Source of the DNA: Sarea resinae
Lineage: Eukaryota
Assembly: GCA_026026165.1 (NCBI GenBank)
Contig: JAPEUD010000093.1
Coordinates: 1 to 64,000, forward strand
Direction: 5' to 3'
DNA: 64,000 nucleotides
Position numbers and translations under genes: made by a program. Shown here one piece after another: positions 23,475 through 36,912 of this stretch; the stretch's first letter is position 1; the number at the start of each line of letters is the position of its first letter. The notes under the pieces are model-generated. The model made no database searches. It worked only from the letters and a program-made list of their open reading frames with translations, and was not told where the DNA came from.

Positions 23475-24941
23475 ATGAAACGCAGGCCATGGACTGATGC
23501 AGAAGATGTGACGCTGAAACGCCTTGTTGCCCAGTATGGCGATAAGCGTGGCCGTCAGGGTCGGTGGGAAGACATAACCAAATCCATTCCGGGTCGAACT
23601 AAAAAGGTAAGCAGTGTCCCGTCTTGTGCTCCTTCTGCTGGTCTGACTCCCTCACAGGACTGCCGCAAGAGGTGGTTCCACTCCATCGATCCATCAGTAC
23701 GGAAAGGCAGATGGACCGCAGAAGAGGATAAACTTTTGCTGGAGAATTATGACCAATTTGGTCCCGCATGGAAACAAATTGGTATGTCAAATACGGTCCA
23801 TGCTGAAGCGCACGATACTCATTGGAGTTTTGCAGCCCTTGCGATCCCCGGCAGGAAAGACGACCAGTGCTCAAAGCGATATGGCGAGATCTTGGATCCT
23901 TCAGCAAGGGATCGCTTGAGAAAGTGGACTCCCGCAGAAGATAAGCAGCTTGCCGAATTGGTTGACCGTATGGGCTCTGCATGGAGGGCGATAGCTACGA
24001 ACATGGCTGGGCGCACTGCCCTTACTTGTCGCAACCGCTGGCGCCGACTGAACACCAAGTCGAACAACAAACAAATTGCTATGCCTTCAATATTATCATC
24101 AATTCAAAAAGCCCGAGCTGCTGCGCTCCAGCAAGACGTTTCGTCATCAGGCGACATTAGCGAAGATGCCTCAACGTCAGGATGGAACCATAGCAACTCT
24201 CCAAGCGCGGCAAGCCCTGTGATCGACCCGTCTTCGTTAGCACCAGATACAACGGCTATTGACTTGACGAGTCCGGATGTTCGATCACAGTCCTCCCAGA
24301 TTTACGATCAGGGTATCCATGAACCTCGTCACACAACGGTAAATCATGTGTCTACAACGCATCATGACTCGGTCCTGTCGTTACCCTCCGATGGTCAGAG
24401 TCACATTTTGAGTCATCTGTCTTGTAGTGGAGAATCGCTTCCCATAACGTCCCAGTCTGAGTCCAATCCTTTCGCTGGTCTCTATACCGACTATGCTAGT
24501 CTCTTGCCTATTGATGAAGGCATACAAGATTCAGCATATGATTCATGCTTTTCCGATCCAGCGTATCCAGCGTATCTTTTTAGGTCCATTTTCTCCTGCC
24601 CAGGAGAGGAGACTTCTGAGCACCCGACACGTTTGGCGACGAACACGAGTTGGCCTGTCAGCTCTGAGGACCACAATGCAATCTTGCAACCATGGAGTCT
24701 CCCTGATCCTGTTGATTTCAATGCCCCGGCTCTACACCCATCACCGGGTTTCGACGCGGATTGGCCGCTAGGTCTTTTCAGCACCTTTCCTTCCAACTTC
24801 ACAGACGCTGTGGGAAATATTGCGGCCTCAATTCACCCTCTTTACTTGCCAGCACGTCAGTATATTATCAGGCACCACGTGGTTCATCATCATTATCACC
24901 ATCATACTACTCTATCAAATCCCGAAACGCCGACTGCATAA
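23475..24941 (+). CDS. Myb/SANT three-repeat transcription factor
   Basis: WTDAED, WTAEED and WTPAED repeats with GRT..DCRKRW, GRKDDQCSKRY, GRTALTCRNRW; two short in-frame introns; low-complexity tail with His-rich end. Confidence 0.92.
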   Translation: MKRRPWTDAEDVTLKRLVAQYGDKRGRQGRWEDITKSIPGRTKKVSSVPSCAPSAGLTPSQDCRKRWFHSIDPSVRKGRWTAEEDKLLLENYDQFGPAWKQIGMSNTVHAEAHDTHWSFAALAIPGRKDDQCSKRYGEILDPSARDRLRKWTPAEDKQLAELVDRMGSAWRAIATNMAGRTALTCRNRWRRLNTKSNNKQIAMPSILSSIQKARAAALQQDVSSSGDISEDASTSGWNHSNSPSAASPVIDPSSLAPDTTAIDLTSPDVRSQSSQIYDQGIHEPRHTTVNHVSTTHHDSVLSLPSDGQSHILSHLSCSGESLPITSQSESNPFAGLYTDYASLLPIDEGIQDSAYDSCFSDPAYPAYLFRSIFSCPGEETSEHPTRLATNTSWPVSSEDHNAILQPWSLPDPVDFNAPALHPSPGFDADWPLGLFSTFPSNFTDAVGNIAASIHPLYLPARQYIIRHHVVHHHYHHHTTLSNPETPTA

Positions 24942-25627
24942 CATATCTATTTCGCTCCAGAGTTGCTTATACGAGCATCTTATCTGTCTCGAGGTTTTCT
25001 TCGTCCTTTTGATTAGAGGCAGACAGAATGTCGCGGATGCGAAGCCAGGTCTCGCAGCAGTTGCTAGTCTGAGCTTGCTAAAATTCATCATTTTCAGATC
25101 AGGACCTCTGATGTCACCCTGGACTTTCCCTGGGCAACAAGGCTACAATCTTCTTATTTTCTGGTAAATTCTTAATTTCTAGTCGGATATGAAGGTAGAT
25201 CGAAGTGTGTCATATATATTTATGAGCCAGATATAACGATTTCATGAGGGCACCTCAGCAGACGAGCAAGCTACTAATTGAACCTAAATCGTCACTCCAT
25301 ATGAGATTCCATTACCGACTGACGTGCGAGGGCACAGGGGAGAAGACCACTATCAATATTTTCCCGTGTGATCGTAGATCTAAAATTTCTGCCAATCAGA
25401 AGTTGAGAATTTTACTCGGCCCTGAAGATAAGCGAACGCGGGAGATGACTCAATTTCTTGTCGATCGATCTAGATCCTCAGACTCGCTGCTTCGACCTCT
25501 TGGTAATACTCAGTAGTAAAGATGACCTTGGCATTGTAGAAAGGGATTGATTCACAGTCAAAATCGAGCATTTCGTATCAGTCAAGGGAAATCCTGCAGT
25601 GCCTGTTTTCAATCGAGAATAAAAAGA

Positions 25628-26668
25628 ATGGGTGTGTCAGTCAAAGCCTTCTACCCTCCTCATACACGCCTTGGGGAATGTCCATTTTACCGTTCTGAAG
25701 ACAATATCTTGCACTACGTTGACGTATTAGCAAAAAAGATCCACGTTCTGGAGCTAGTTGAGCCATGGCATTCGCGCACCATCTCATGTCCTGAGCCAAT
25801 ATCTTTCATGGGATTCCATCAACGAGGAGGTTACATTGTTTGCTACTTTCAAGGCATAGCGATCGTGGGCGACAATGGGGAGTGGAAAGTATTGCGCCAA
25901 GTAATACCGGACCACGAGAAACACCTTGTGCGATTGAACGACGGTGCCATCGACTCGAGAGGAAGATTGTGGTTCGGATCGATTGATCTACACGGATCGT
26001 AAGTATCTCCACTTTCATTGATGTGCAAAGTCATTCCTACTACTGACTTGATCAGGGGATTATCGCAAGCGCAAGTCAGGTCGGGGGAATATTATCCGGC
26101 AGGATGCATATACTGCTATAGTTCAGATGGAGCTCTTACCGTCCACGAAAAAGGAGGTATATTCTGCTCAAACGGAATCGGATGGGCGCCCGACGACCGT
26201 ACTATGGTCTTTACAGACTCTACTGCAAAGGTCCGTACCACAAACACAAATAACCTGTACATCTTTTCACGCCTACTGCGCAGTTCATCTGGGCGTATGA
26301 CTTCGATGCGGCTCTTGGAACCATCTCCGGCAAGAGAATATTCGTCGATCGTCGTGCCATGGAAGGAGAGCCAGATGGACTCCTTGTAGACGTCGAGGGC
26401 AACGTGTATACATTCTTGTGGGAGGGTTCCGAGGTTGAAAGGTACAACTCTAGCGGTACGTATCGAAGAGACTGGAGTGTCGACGCTTGGAGAGTCACGC
26501 ACGGCGCCTGGGTAGGCGACAATTACGATCAACTTTTTGACGACTGCAAAGTCGGATGAGGGGTTGCACAAATGGAACGGTGAGGAAGCTGGCGCTCTCT
26601 TTTGGCTCAAGGATGTAGGGGTCGAGGGTATGAAGAAGCACGTGTTCTCTAACGTATCGAGCGAGTGA
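25628..26668 (+). pseudogene. SMP-30/gluconolactonase/regucalcin-family gene with an apparent frameshift at ~26539
   Basis: LGECP, RLNDGAIDSRGRLWFG, SNGIGWAPD, GEPDGLLVDVEGN; the C-terminal TTA...AGALF...GVEG motif lies in another frame. Confidence 0.8.
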
Positions 26669-26791
26669 AATATATGTATCGCCCTTTCCGTTACTAGTGG
26701 AACTGATAATGCGATTCTCTGCAAATCAATATCAATACCGATATTGATTTTCTCTCTTACGGCCACAACATGTTGTTGGCAGCGGCGCACG

Positions 26792-28441
26792 ATGATGCTG
26801 ATGCTAGACCCTTCCGAACCCAATGGCGATTACATTCCCACTGCGGCCATCCTGAGCGAGTTACCTGATCACCGATACGAAGTAGGTCCCGCTGAAGAGG
26901 AATTCTGCCACGAAACTCGTGGCCCAGTCTTGCGAGCCGCACAGAACCAGGATATCCGCTTCTTACGGGGCCTTTTACACGACGGTAGGTTTCAGGCCAC
27001 GACCTTGATCGTTGGTCCATTGGAAGGGCCATGGGACAGTGCTCTTATCACGGCTATCTTGTCGAGGCTTCCAGTTCATGTGGAACTATTGTTGCAATAT
27101 GGCGCCAATGTCAACGGCTTTCCAGATTGGTGTTTCTCAGCGGCAAGCTCTCGATTCGTGCGGGGTCGACCTCCAAAGATGACCATGGCCGCTGGATGCA
27201 GCTTGCCACCCCGAACAGAGGTCCTAAAGCAGGTTGAGATCGATCAAACGGCTTCAATCACGGAAGATGAGCTTCAAGAGCGCCGACAAAGCCGGTCGCG
27301 TTTCTGGGCCGAGCCTAACTTCCCGCGAACTGACTATCCGGTCAACAGCCCTCTGACTGCCATCTCTGCCTGCGTCAAGGTGGGTGCTCACTCACTTATC
27401 GAAAGCCTCGCTGCCAAGGGTGCGGACGAGGCGGCCTGGCAAAGTCGGTATGACCATTTCCCGCCTGAAACGACGCCATCATATCTCGCTGTCGAGACGC
27501 CATTGCATGTGGCAGTGGAGCGAGAAGACGAATCGATGCTGCGATTTCTTTTGGACCGCCACCACAAACCAGATATCTTTCCGCTGGTACTGGTGACACG
27601 ATGCCTCAACGCAACCATGGCCACCATCGCAAAGACTTCTCCTTGGCTCCATGGCTTCGATATCCTAACTCCGCATAGCAACTTGACGCTTCGCACGCCC
27701 ATCTTTGGCTGCCATATTCTCCACTTGGCTGTTGCCACGCTCGACCTCGATCTGCTCAGGCACGTCCTTGGCGCTTTCGACAACTTTCAGACGGCCATGA
27801 ACCAAGTTTTACCGACCTCTCTAGGCCACACTCTCCTCCATATCGCATGTCTTCCGCTTGACGACACTACTGTCAACCTTCATTCTCTTCCTATCTACAA
27901 GTCCATACACGAATTTCGGACCCCAAACACGGCGTGGAAGCGACAGAATCTTCGGCCGTCACAGCCGCAGGAAAGCCCTCTCCTTCGTGGAGGCTCGGTC
28001 CAATATCGCACACGCGGGGGTTCTGTACACAGACGCGGCGGTCTTCACGCCAACGCCGGAGTATTCAGCCAGCGGCCCTCTGTGGAAGACCAAAGTCGCC
28101 AGAAAACAATGATTCAGTTCCTGCTGGCTCAGATGTCGGATCCGCGTTCCGAGCTCGGCAAGCAGGACGTCCACGGTAATACGGCGCTGCATTACCTTGC
28201 GTCGTACCGGCAGATTGATGACGACCTTCTGGCGGAAATAATGACCACCTTTCTCGGTGATGATCCTGATGGCGGGGACATTCCCGACAGCAAAAGTTCA
28301 TGGAGCGGTATGGCTAACTTTTGGGGTTTCACGGCCCAAAATTTGTTTCATAGCGGCGTATCAGCCAGGAAGGAATGGGGGAAAGATTACATGTCATTCT
28401 GGCAGGAAATAGATGCTACCGATTTGCATCCTCTTTTCTAG
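26792..28441 (+). CDS. Ankyrin-repeat protein
   Basis: LLLQYGANVN, TPLHVAVE, ILHLAV, GHTLLHIAC, DVHGNTALHYLA in a single ~550-aa ORF. Confidence 0.88.
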   Translation: MMLMLDPSEPNGDYIPTAAILSELPDHRYEVGPAEEEFCHETRGPVLRAAQNQDIRFLRGLLHDGRFQATTLIVGPLEGPWDSALITAILSRLPVHVELLLQYGANVNGFPDWCFSAASSRFVRGRPPKMTMAAGCSLPPRTEVLKQVEIDQTASITEDELQERRQSRSRFWAEPNFPRTDYPVNSPLTAISACVKVGAHSLIESLAAKGADEAAWQSRYDHFPPETTPSYLAVETPLHVAVEREDESMLRFLLDRHHKPDIFPLVLVTRCLNATMATIAKTSPWLHGFDILTPHSNLTLRTPIFGCHILHLAVATLDLDLLRHVLGAFDNFQTAMNQVLPTSLGHTLLHIACLPLDDTTVNLHSLPIYKSIHEFRTPNTAWKRQNLRPSQPQESPLLRGGSVQYRTRGGSVHRRGGLHANAGVFSQRPSVEDQSRQKTMIQFLLAQMSDPRSELGKQDVHGNTALHYLASYRQIDDDLLAEIMTTFLGDDPDGGDIPDSKSSWSGMANFWGFTAQNLFHSGVSARKEWGKDYMSFWQEIDATDLHPLF

Positions 28442-30192
28442 TCTCTGTAATTTGAGGTACAATCTACAGTCAATCAAGATTCGTATTCAACCCAGTAGAC
28501 TGAGCAGTGTTATCAAAACATTAAAAGGTATCAGATTACTACAGTTCACTAACCAATCTACTAGGCCAAAAGGTCCAAAAGGTCCAAGCTATCTGTACAA
28601 GACTATCAGACGATGAAAACTACACTATAGCTCAATCAGCGGCCATTGAAGTCGATCTCGCTATGCGCCGTTGCTCGCAATCGCAGGCTATGTCTATATA
28701 ATTCGACTCTTCGCACCGCTTTCAGCATCAGAATTTGTTTGCCTGAACGGACAAAACCCCTGAACCCCTTTCGAATCCATTCGTGGGTCGTGACAACTCA
28801 CACACACACATAATCTCATCGATAAATGACCAGTGATGCTTCAGGATGAGGGCCGTGCTATATTAATCAGCGGATTGATCAGGCTTTGAGTAGCCTCATG
28901 GTCATTTCACATCCTCTTTTCATAAAGCAGATCAAGATGGAAAAGCCTGACGGCCATTCTTTATAAGAGACCTCGGATGTTTTTGCGCAATGCACTACTT
29001 GAACCACTGCAGTAGCCCAGCCAGAGCTGTCGCCGTTGGGCTTAGCCAGAGGATGCCAATTTGGAGTTTCTGAAAATACTCAAGAAACCCTGTAGATGAT
29101 TCCATGCATTACCGACCAAATGCAAGGTTCATCCGCTGCGAGTTGGTCATCGAACGGTCGGGCTGCGATGGCGATTTGCTCTTCAATTCCTTTGGAAGTG
29201 ATTGGCTGCAGGCTTTAGTCTGTGATGATATATTAGAGTGCTTACTCTCGACGCGAAGGATTTAGCACCCACGCTGTCGAAACGGCCGGGTCGCGATCTT
29301 TTTTCCAAGTTGTCATCTAGCTGAGTTGGGAAAGTGGGCAACACGCCGCCCCATCTTACCGATTGTCTTCCCGGTCCTCTTAGATGATTAGTCTCGTGTA
29401 TCGTCAGTTCAGCGTGGACCCGGGACCCCTGTTGATTGAGCTGATTCAGTTGGGGGTCCCTGCTTTGACTTTCTCGGCCTCGATCGCATTAAAAAGCCAC
29501 GGCCACCTCGGCTACGTCTAGGATGATTGGCTATTATATACCCCTCTTATACGCCAAGATCGTGATTGCTTTTCAATTGCGGCGCCTTGCGGCGCCTTGA
29601 GCCACTCTCAGACATAAGTCCACGGTCCGGCGTGAAGCTTGCTTATCTGATAACGGTATCTCGGCGACCCTGGACACTCGACCTGTTTGCTTGACCGGAG
29701 CAGCCGATTCGAAAGCTCGACCATGGGCGAGCGCTTCGATTTGCAACCAGCCGCTGAGGCAAGCAGAGAATCACAGTCTCGATATCGAGCATGGATACCC
29801 TCGTACACATGGACATGCTTTCCCCCGCACTCCACTACGGACCAGAACTGACCTGCCTAAAATGACACCCACTGCCAAAGTGATATGGCTGGGATTACAC
29901 ACCCGCGACCTGACTTTGCCGTGTATCTCTATCCTGCCATATCAATCCACAAGGGATAGGGTGACGGTGAGGGCGGCAAAATACCTCCGCACTTCAACCA
30001 GAGATAAGGGAGATTCTAGCAATTCCGAACACCAATGTCGAGGCGGGGGGTCGCACGAGGGTGGCGCCATAATCTTCGCCACTTGTCTTCTCGTTGTGTA
30101 TTCCTTCCATTCTCATTTATATACATCAATGACCCCCTAATCTTCGATTGATCATCGCAGCCCGACCGAGCTTCTCTTCCGTACCACTCAAT

Positions 30193-32706
30193 ATGCCCAT
30201 GGGATTCCGAAGGCCGTGGCCCGTGACGCGTCGGGACACTGACAGCGTTGCTTTGAATATCATCGGAGATGACAAGAAGACAAAGAATGGTAAAGGCGGG
30301 TCGGATATTGACGTGTCCGTTGGAGAAGTTTCTCCCACCCAGATTGCCCAGACAGCTGAAGAATTGAAAGAATTCGAAGTCTTGCATAAATGGGACCCTA
30401 ATTTGCCTGAAAAGAAGCGTGATCAGATTGAGTCGGCTGTCAAGTTTGGCGATATCGAAGGGGAACTTCACCTTGCAAACGAGCTCGAAGATGATTCTCC
30501 TTATCCAGAAGTTCGGGCCGCGGTGCGCAATTATGACGAAGATGCCCCTGCGAATACTTTCCGGGCGTGGACACTCGGTCTCGTCTTCGCAACAATTGGA
30601 TCTGCACTGAACATGCTCTTCTCATTGCGTGCGCCGACGATTCAGATCACGGCCGTTGTAGGTCTCCTGGTTGCATTTCCCTTCGGGCTGTTGTGGGCAA
30701 AGTTCATGCCAAAAAGGACTTTCAACACGTTTGGCTATCGTTGGTCTCTCAACCCCGGCCCATTCAATTTGAAGGAGCACGCACTCATCACAATCATGGC
30801 AAAGTGAGTAAAGACCATTCTCTCAAGGACTTCTGCTCATGTCTCGTCCAGTGCTTCATACGGTCAAGGTGCGGCGTACAGTTTCGACACATTGACCGCT
30901 TTACAGGCCAAGAACTTTTACAATCGTGACCTCGGGTGGGGTTTTGCGCTTCTGTTCACAATTACAACCCAGGCGCTGGGATACGGTCTTGCTGGCATGT
31001 ATCGCCGATTCCTCGTGTGGCCAGCAGCTATGATATGGCCCAATCAGCTTCCGCTCACTGCTCTTTTCTACGCTCTGCATGATCGTCAGCCTTCAGATCC
31101 TGCCAAGACTGGCGGATGGTCGATAGCTCGTTATCGATACTTCCTTTACGTCTTCATTGGTGCTTTTGTGTGGTACTGGTTTCCCGGTTTCATCTGGCAG
31201 GGTCTCAGTGTTTTCGCCTTCGTCACTTGGATCAGGCCGAACAACGCCGTCGTCAACCAGTTGTTTGGCGGTTTCACTGGCCTCTCTCTGCTCCCCATCA
31301 CTTTTGATTGGACCCAGATCGCTGGCTACAACTTGAGCCCTCTCATGGCTCCTTGGCATGCTATCGCAAATACGTTGATTGGAACAATCACTTTCTTCAT
31401 TATCACTGCGATTGGTATTCATTATACGGGAGCATTCTATTCCAAATACCTTCCCATGAGCGACTCTAGCAGCTATGACAATACTGGCATGACGTACAAC
31501 GTCACTAGAATCCTGACGCCAGAGTTCTCCTTGGACCTCAAGAAGTACCAGGAGTACTCGCCCCTCTTTCTCTCGACTACTTTCGCTCTCACCTACGGCG
31601 TCTCATTCGCAACTATCACTGCCGTCATCATCCATACTGGTCTCTTCAATGGCCGTGAAATCCTCTTGCGAGCAAAAGCTGCTCGAGAACAGGAGGATGA
31701 TGTGCACATGAAGCTGATGAAGAAATATCCCGAGGCGCCCGATTGGTGGTATCTCGCGCTGTCTATCCTGATGCTTGGGATGGCTCTCGGTACAGTCCTG
31801 GGATATGATACTCGACTCGATTGGTGGGCGTTCTTCATCTGCTGTCTTATTTCGGTCGTTTGGATGGTCCCGATTGGTATGATTCAAGCGGTCACCAATA
31901 TTGCCATCGGGCTCAACGTCCTGACTGAGTTTTTGGTTGGTTACATGCAACCAGGAAAGCCGCTGGCTATGATGGTATTTAAGACTTACGGTTACATGGT
32001 GATGTATCAAGGGATCACATTCACGATGGATCTTAAGCTCGGTCATTATATGAAAGTTCCCCCGAGGACGCTTTTCAGCGCGCAGATCATTTCTGTGGTA
32101 TGGACTTCAATCGTACAGGTTGCTGTCCAGCGCTGGGCCTTCGGAACGATCGAAGGTGTCTGCACCCAGGAGCAAAAGAATCACTACACGTGTCCCAATG
32201 GTCGAGTCTTTTTCAATGCATCCATCATCTGGGGCCTCATCGGTCCCAAACGCATCTTCTCCCCCGGCTCCATATATGACAAGCTGCAGTGGTTCTGGCT
32301 CGTTGGCGCTGCTCTCCCAGTCACGTTTTACGTCCTGGCACGCCTCTACCCAAAGACAAACCTGCGCTATCTGAATGCACCTGTCATGCTGGGAGGTACC
32401 GGGTCGCTTCCCCCTGCGACTCCTCTCAACTACCTGTCATGGGGCATCGTGGGGTACATCTTCAACAAGCTCATCCGTGACTGGCGCCGAGGCTGGTGGA
32501 TGGGGTATAATTACATCACGTCGGCGGCTTTGGATTCGGGCTTAGCCATCTCCACCATTCTTATATTTTTGACGCTCGATTTGACCAATACCGCCGGGCC
32601 GTCGTGGTGGGGCAATAGCGTGGTGGAAACGACGATGGATGCGCAGTATACGGCTGTCCAAGCAACCGTCCCACCGGGCGAAATCTTTGGGCCTAAGCAT
32701 TGGTAG
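30193..32706 (+). CDS. OPT-family oligopeptide transporter
   Basis: DSPYPEVRAAV, NPGPFNLKEH, KLGHYMKVPPR motifs; many TM segments; intron ~30804-30851. Confidence 0.97.
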
Positions 32707-33649
32707 ATATCCGATTTCAGTGTGCGACCAGTTGAGCACTGCCACTGATGACGCTGCACAAAGTGCTTGCTGGACCAGAAGATGCAACGGGTCCCTTGAA
32801 CGACATAACGACTCCATGAAATCTCAACACGTATTAGACTCGTATACCATTAAATTTAGGAATATTTGATTATGTGAATGAAGAAACCTTCCAAGTGAAA
32901 AATGCCAGCAAAAAGGCAGCCGATATCATAGAATTGGCGTCCAACACAGTTCGATCGTAAAGGCTACATCTGCCAGTGCCAAAGGTGCCTGAGTTTCTTC
33001 TTGATATTGGCAAGGAAGAGTTTCGTAGCATCGGCCGAGGTTGCTCGGCAGTTTGATCCAGATGTTCGCTAAAGCGGGCCGAAGTACTTCGTACTTCATA
33101 GTGCTGTACGTAGTAGATTGGTGGCGTCCTGTCCCAATCGTCGGGAAGAAATGACGAACACGAAGTCGAAGGTTCTTGGTCGCTGCCCGCGCGCATGCGT
33201 CAATGATCTCTACTTCGCCAATCCAGGAAACAATCCCGCGTGAAGCTGTCAAACCATCGGATGAAATAGCTCAGAGCTTCTGGCCTCCAGCGCTCCTACT
33301 TAGTGCCTTATCGCGGCCTCGGACCTTCAGGGTTCGATCATCCCACTCCGGCTCCGGTCCCGCGCTCGGCACTCTGCTCCACCCAGTCACTCCATGTACG
33401 GTCAGATAGTGCGCAAGGGTCCTTGGCTCGACGCTTATATGGCACTTCTAGTGCTGTCGCGGTGCGATTGCCATCTGTTTGGAACGGCTTCGTTTTGTCA
33501 GAGCTATCACTTCACTACTCCGAGTACTGGGTAGGATATCACACTCACCGCACATTATCCCAGCTAATGCCACAGCAGCTCCAGGCCTATCTCCGCCATT
33601 GCGCGAACAATCGCATCACCTTCCTCCTCGCTCCACCACAGCCTGTATC

Positions 33650-35476
33650 ATGTCCCTACGCAAAGGACCGCCTGGCTACAACTTCACGACGTTCCATAAC
33701 GTCATCAATGGGCAACTACGGGCAGGGGAGACATCGTACAACGGCATTGACCCCGCAACGGAAGAGAAGCTCTGGGACGCCCCCGTTGCTGAGAAGGAAG
33801 ACGTGGACGAAGCCGTCTCTGCCGCCGCAAATGCCTTTCAATCGTGGTCGAAGGTACCATATGAGGAGAGGACAGAAAAGGTGAACGCGTGGGCGGATAG
33901 GCTTTTGGAGTTCCAAGACGAGATTTCCGGCCTGTCGAGGTTGGAATGCGGGAAGCCGGTAAGGGAGTCCGACCGTCATGGATTGGACGAGTGCAAGATG
34001 AGGATGGGACTCATTTTATTATGAACGGGTTTAGGAGGTCATTGAAAAATACGAGCTTGAGCTCTCCATTCGGAACCTGCATGCAGACACTGCGATTACC
34101 CTCGAGGACGAAGTCGAGGAAAGGGAAGACCGGACGGTTATCACGAGAGCTGTTCCGCATGGCGTCGTGGTGGGCATCTGTCCCTGGAACTGTGAGTTCC
34201 CCACCGATGCTACCCTTATATGTCCGCTGCGGTTGATGTTAGTGTACAGGGCCGCTCCTGATCACGATCACCCAAGCTGTGCCGGCTCTATGCACGGGCA
34301 ACTGCGTCATCATAAAGCCATCGTGCGGACCCCTTCCACTTCACGCTCCATCCACACGCTGATACTTGCAGGCCATTCACACCCTACACAACCCTGAAGC
34401 TCGTTGAGATCGGCCAGGAGACCTTCCCTCCCGGCGTCCTGCAGGTCCTAGGCGGCGATGACCGACTAGGCCCGTGGCTCACCGAACATCCGGGGGTGCA
34501 CCATATATCGTTCACAGGGTCGATCGCAACGGGAAGAAAGGTGATGGCTGCCGCAGCTCAGACAATCAAGCGGGTGACATTAGAACTGTGCGTTTCGATC
34601 TTGCCCTCAGCTACCGCTGCGCTGATGCATCTCCAGAGGGGGAAACGACCCTATGATCATCTGTCCCGACATTGATATCCAAACCGTGGCTCCCAAAGTG
34701 GCCTGGGGAGCGTTCCGGAACAGTGCGCAGGTCAGTCTCAATGATATCTTGAACACGAGCACTCACTTCTTCCACCTTCTCCGCAAGGTTCAGCGTCTGA
34801 TTCAATTGCTAACTCAGAGAGCGATAGGCCTGCGTGGTCTCTAAACGTATCTACGTCCACTCCTCCATTTACGTCGAATTCCTAGCCGCTATGGTCTCAG
34901 CAACCAAAGACCTGCAACTCGGCCCACTGCAGAATAGGATGCAATATGAAAAGACTCAGTACTTTCTGGATAATTGCAGGGAAAAGGGATATACATTTGC
35001 TATCGGAGGCGAGATGATTACGGAGATCGGGAAGGGAAAGGGGTATTTCCTGGGACCAAGTATCATTGACAATCCGCCTGATGACTCGAGGATTGTGACC
35101 GAGGAACCCTTTGGTACGGCAGCTTCTCCGCCCTTCTCTGCCTCTATCCGCGTCTGCTTCACTGTGCTCACTGATCTAACAATACGCTCCAGGGCCCATC
35201 GTACCTGTCCTCTCCTACAACACCGAAGAAGAAGCTATCAGGCGCGCCAACGCCAGTGTCACGGGCCTCGCTGCTTGCGTCTGGTCCGCCTCCACCTCGA
35301 CCGCTACGCGCATCGGCTCGCAGCTGGAAGCAGGAATGGTATTCATCAACTCATTTGAGATACCGGCCGCGGGGACGTACTTTAGCGGACATAAACAGAG
35401 CGGTATCGGCGGCGAGGGTGGGAAGAAGGGGTTGCTAAACTATTGCAATGTGAAAGTGTTGCACGTCATGAAATGA
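33650..35476 (+). CDS. NAD(P)-dependent aldehyde dehydrogenase, many introns
   Basis: IDPATEE, LECGKP, GICPWN, SFTGS..TG, spliced ELGGND, NSAQ-AC catalytic Cys, EEPFGP, GHKQSGIGGEGG. Confidence 0.93.
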
Positions 35477-36880
35477 AATGAGGAGAGCGTTGGCCGCGGA
35501 GATGCCAGTAATGCCAGTAATGGCGCCTGAATACGGTTAGACCCGTTGCCTTCTGATTCAGTGCCGCTCTATCGGGAGACGGGATTCCATTACGCTTCTG
35601 ATTGAGCAATGAGCAGCAACTAATGATCTTCAGGTGTTGGTCGATCCTAGGCGCCTGTTGAAAGTCTATCGAGGCCCAAAGACCATCTCTTTCGTCTCGT
35701 CGTCTACTACCGCTAGCAATTGGAACACCTTCTGCACCTCGACTCCATGTATTCGGTCAGAGTTGACAACGCCAAGTAAGTCTAAATCGGTCGACTACAG
35801 TCGAGTGCCGTGGCTGTCCCTATCCATCGATGTGCGGACGAATCGAGGCGCGCCGATCGACGTGCTCTATCTACTCCTAACTTGGTGTAATCAAGGAATG
35901 TGCCGAGCCGGATGGATGGGCAATCGACATCCGTGTGCCTTCTTTTGCCTTATTTTTGCCTTCTCTTGGCCGCTGTCTGTCTGGTTCGGTAGTCTCTTCG
36001 GCCAATCCGTCTCGTTCGCGTCGGCGTCGTGCTCGCACGCCGGCTCGGGTCAGGTACCAAGTGTTTGTACCGGAATGGATTTGGTGCGGCAAGCATCACC
36101 TTACCTACTACGTACATACATCATGTACCTTAGTCCACTGTGGCCGGGTCGGGGTCGGGTCGGAAGCCACATCGTTGCGGGCCGCCAAGACTGGCTGGTT
36201 GTAATTTGAGGGCGCGGGGAAGCACGAAAGCAAGGGGGAGCAAGGCAGCAGAAGAGGCATCAGTCACCATAATGCACGGAATGTATCGATGTCGACGACA
36301 CTTCAATGTTCAACGTCGATTGGCTTCGGTCCAGCCCGAGGCTGGGGTAAGGTAGGGGGCCCTCGGACCAAAAGTCCTGTTGGTGCCGTCGCCCTGAGGT
36401 ACTTTGGTGCGTAATAGGGTACCTCGTCCCTACGGGTACCATCGTACGGAAGTACCATGTAGTGGTTGTTCTTCCTCGATCGACGGGAACGCACATGGCC
36501 CCATTGGCCCGTCCCTGGTATGGAGCAGAGCGGAGAGCGGAGAGCGGAGGGAACGACCACCTCCGCCCAGCATCAACCGTAGCAGACGCCAAGGCGATTC
36601 GTCGCTATGGACGATGAAGACCCAGCACCATCACCACCGGTACGGCAGTGCATTGCAGCCAGTTGCAATCCTCGAGGCATCGAGGGTGGCGGGACGTTTC
36701 ATCACCACAGCGCCTTCATGCAGAGTCAATACAGTCGTTCCCTGATCACAATCCGATCCGATCTGGTAACAGCTTGAGGTCAGCACATCGTGGTCACGAC
36801 CGATGGACCCTCATCGTGGAGTCGCTGACTGATCAGATGTCGGATCTACGTGGTGCTATCTCTCTGTCTTTTGATGTCTT

Positions 36881-36912
<32 letters not shown>
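36881..36912. repeat. (CT)n microsatellite
   Basis: Read directly. Confidence 0.9.
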
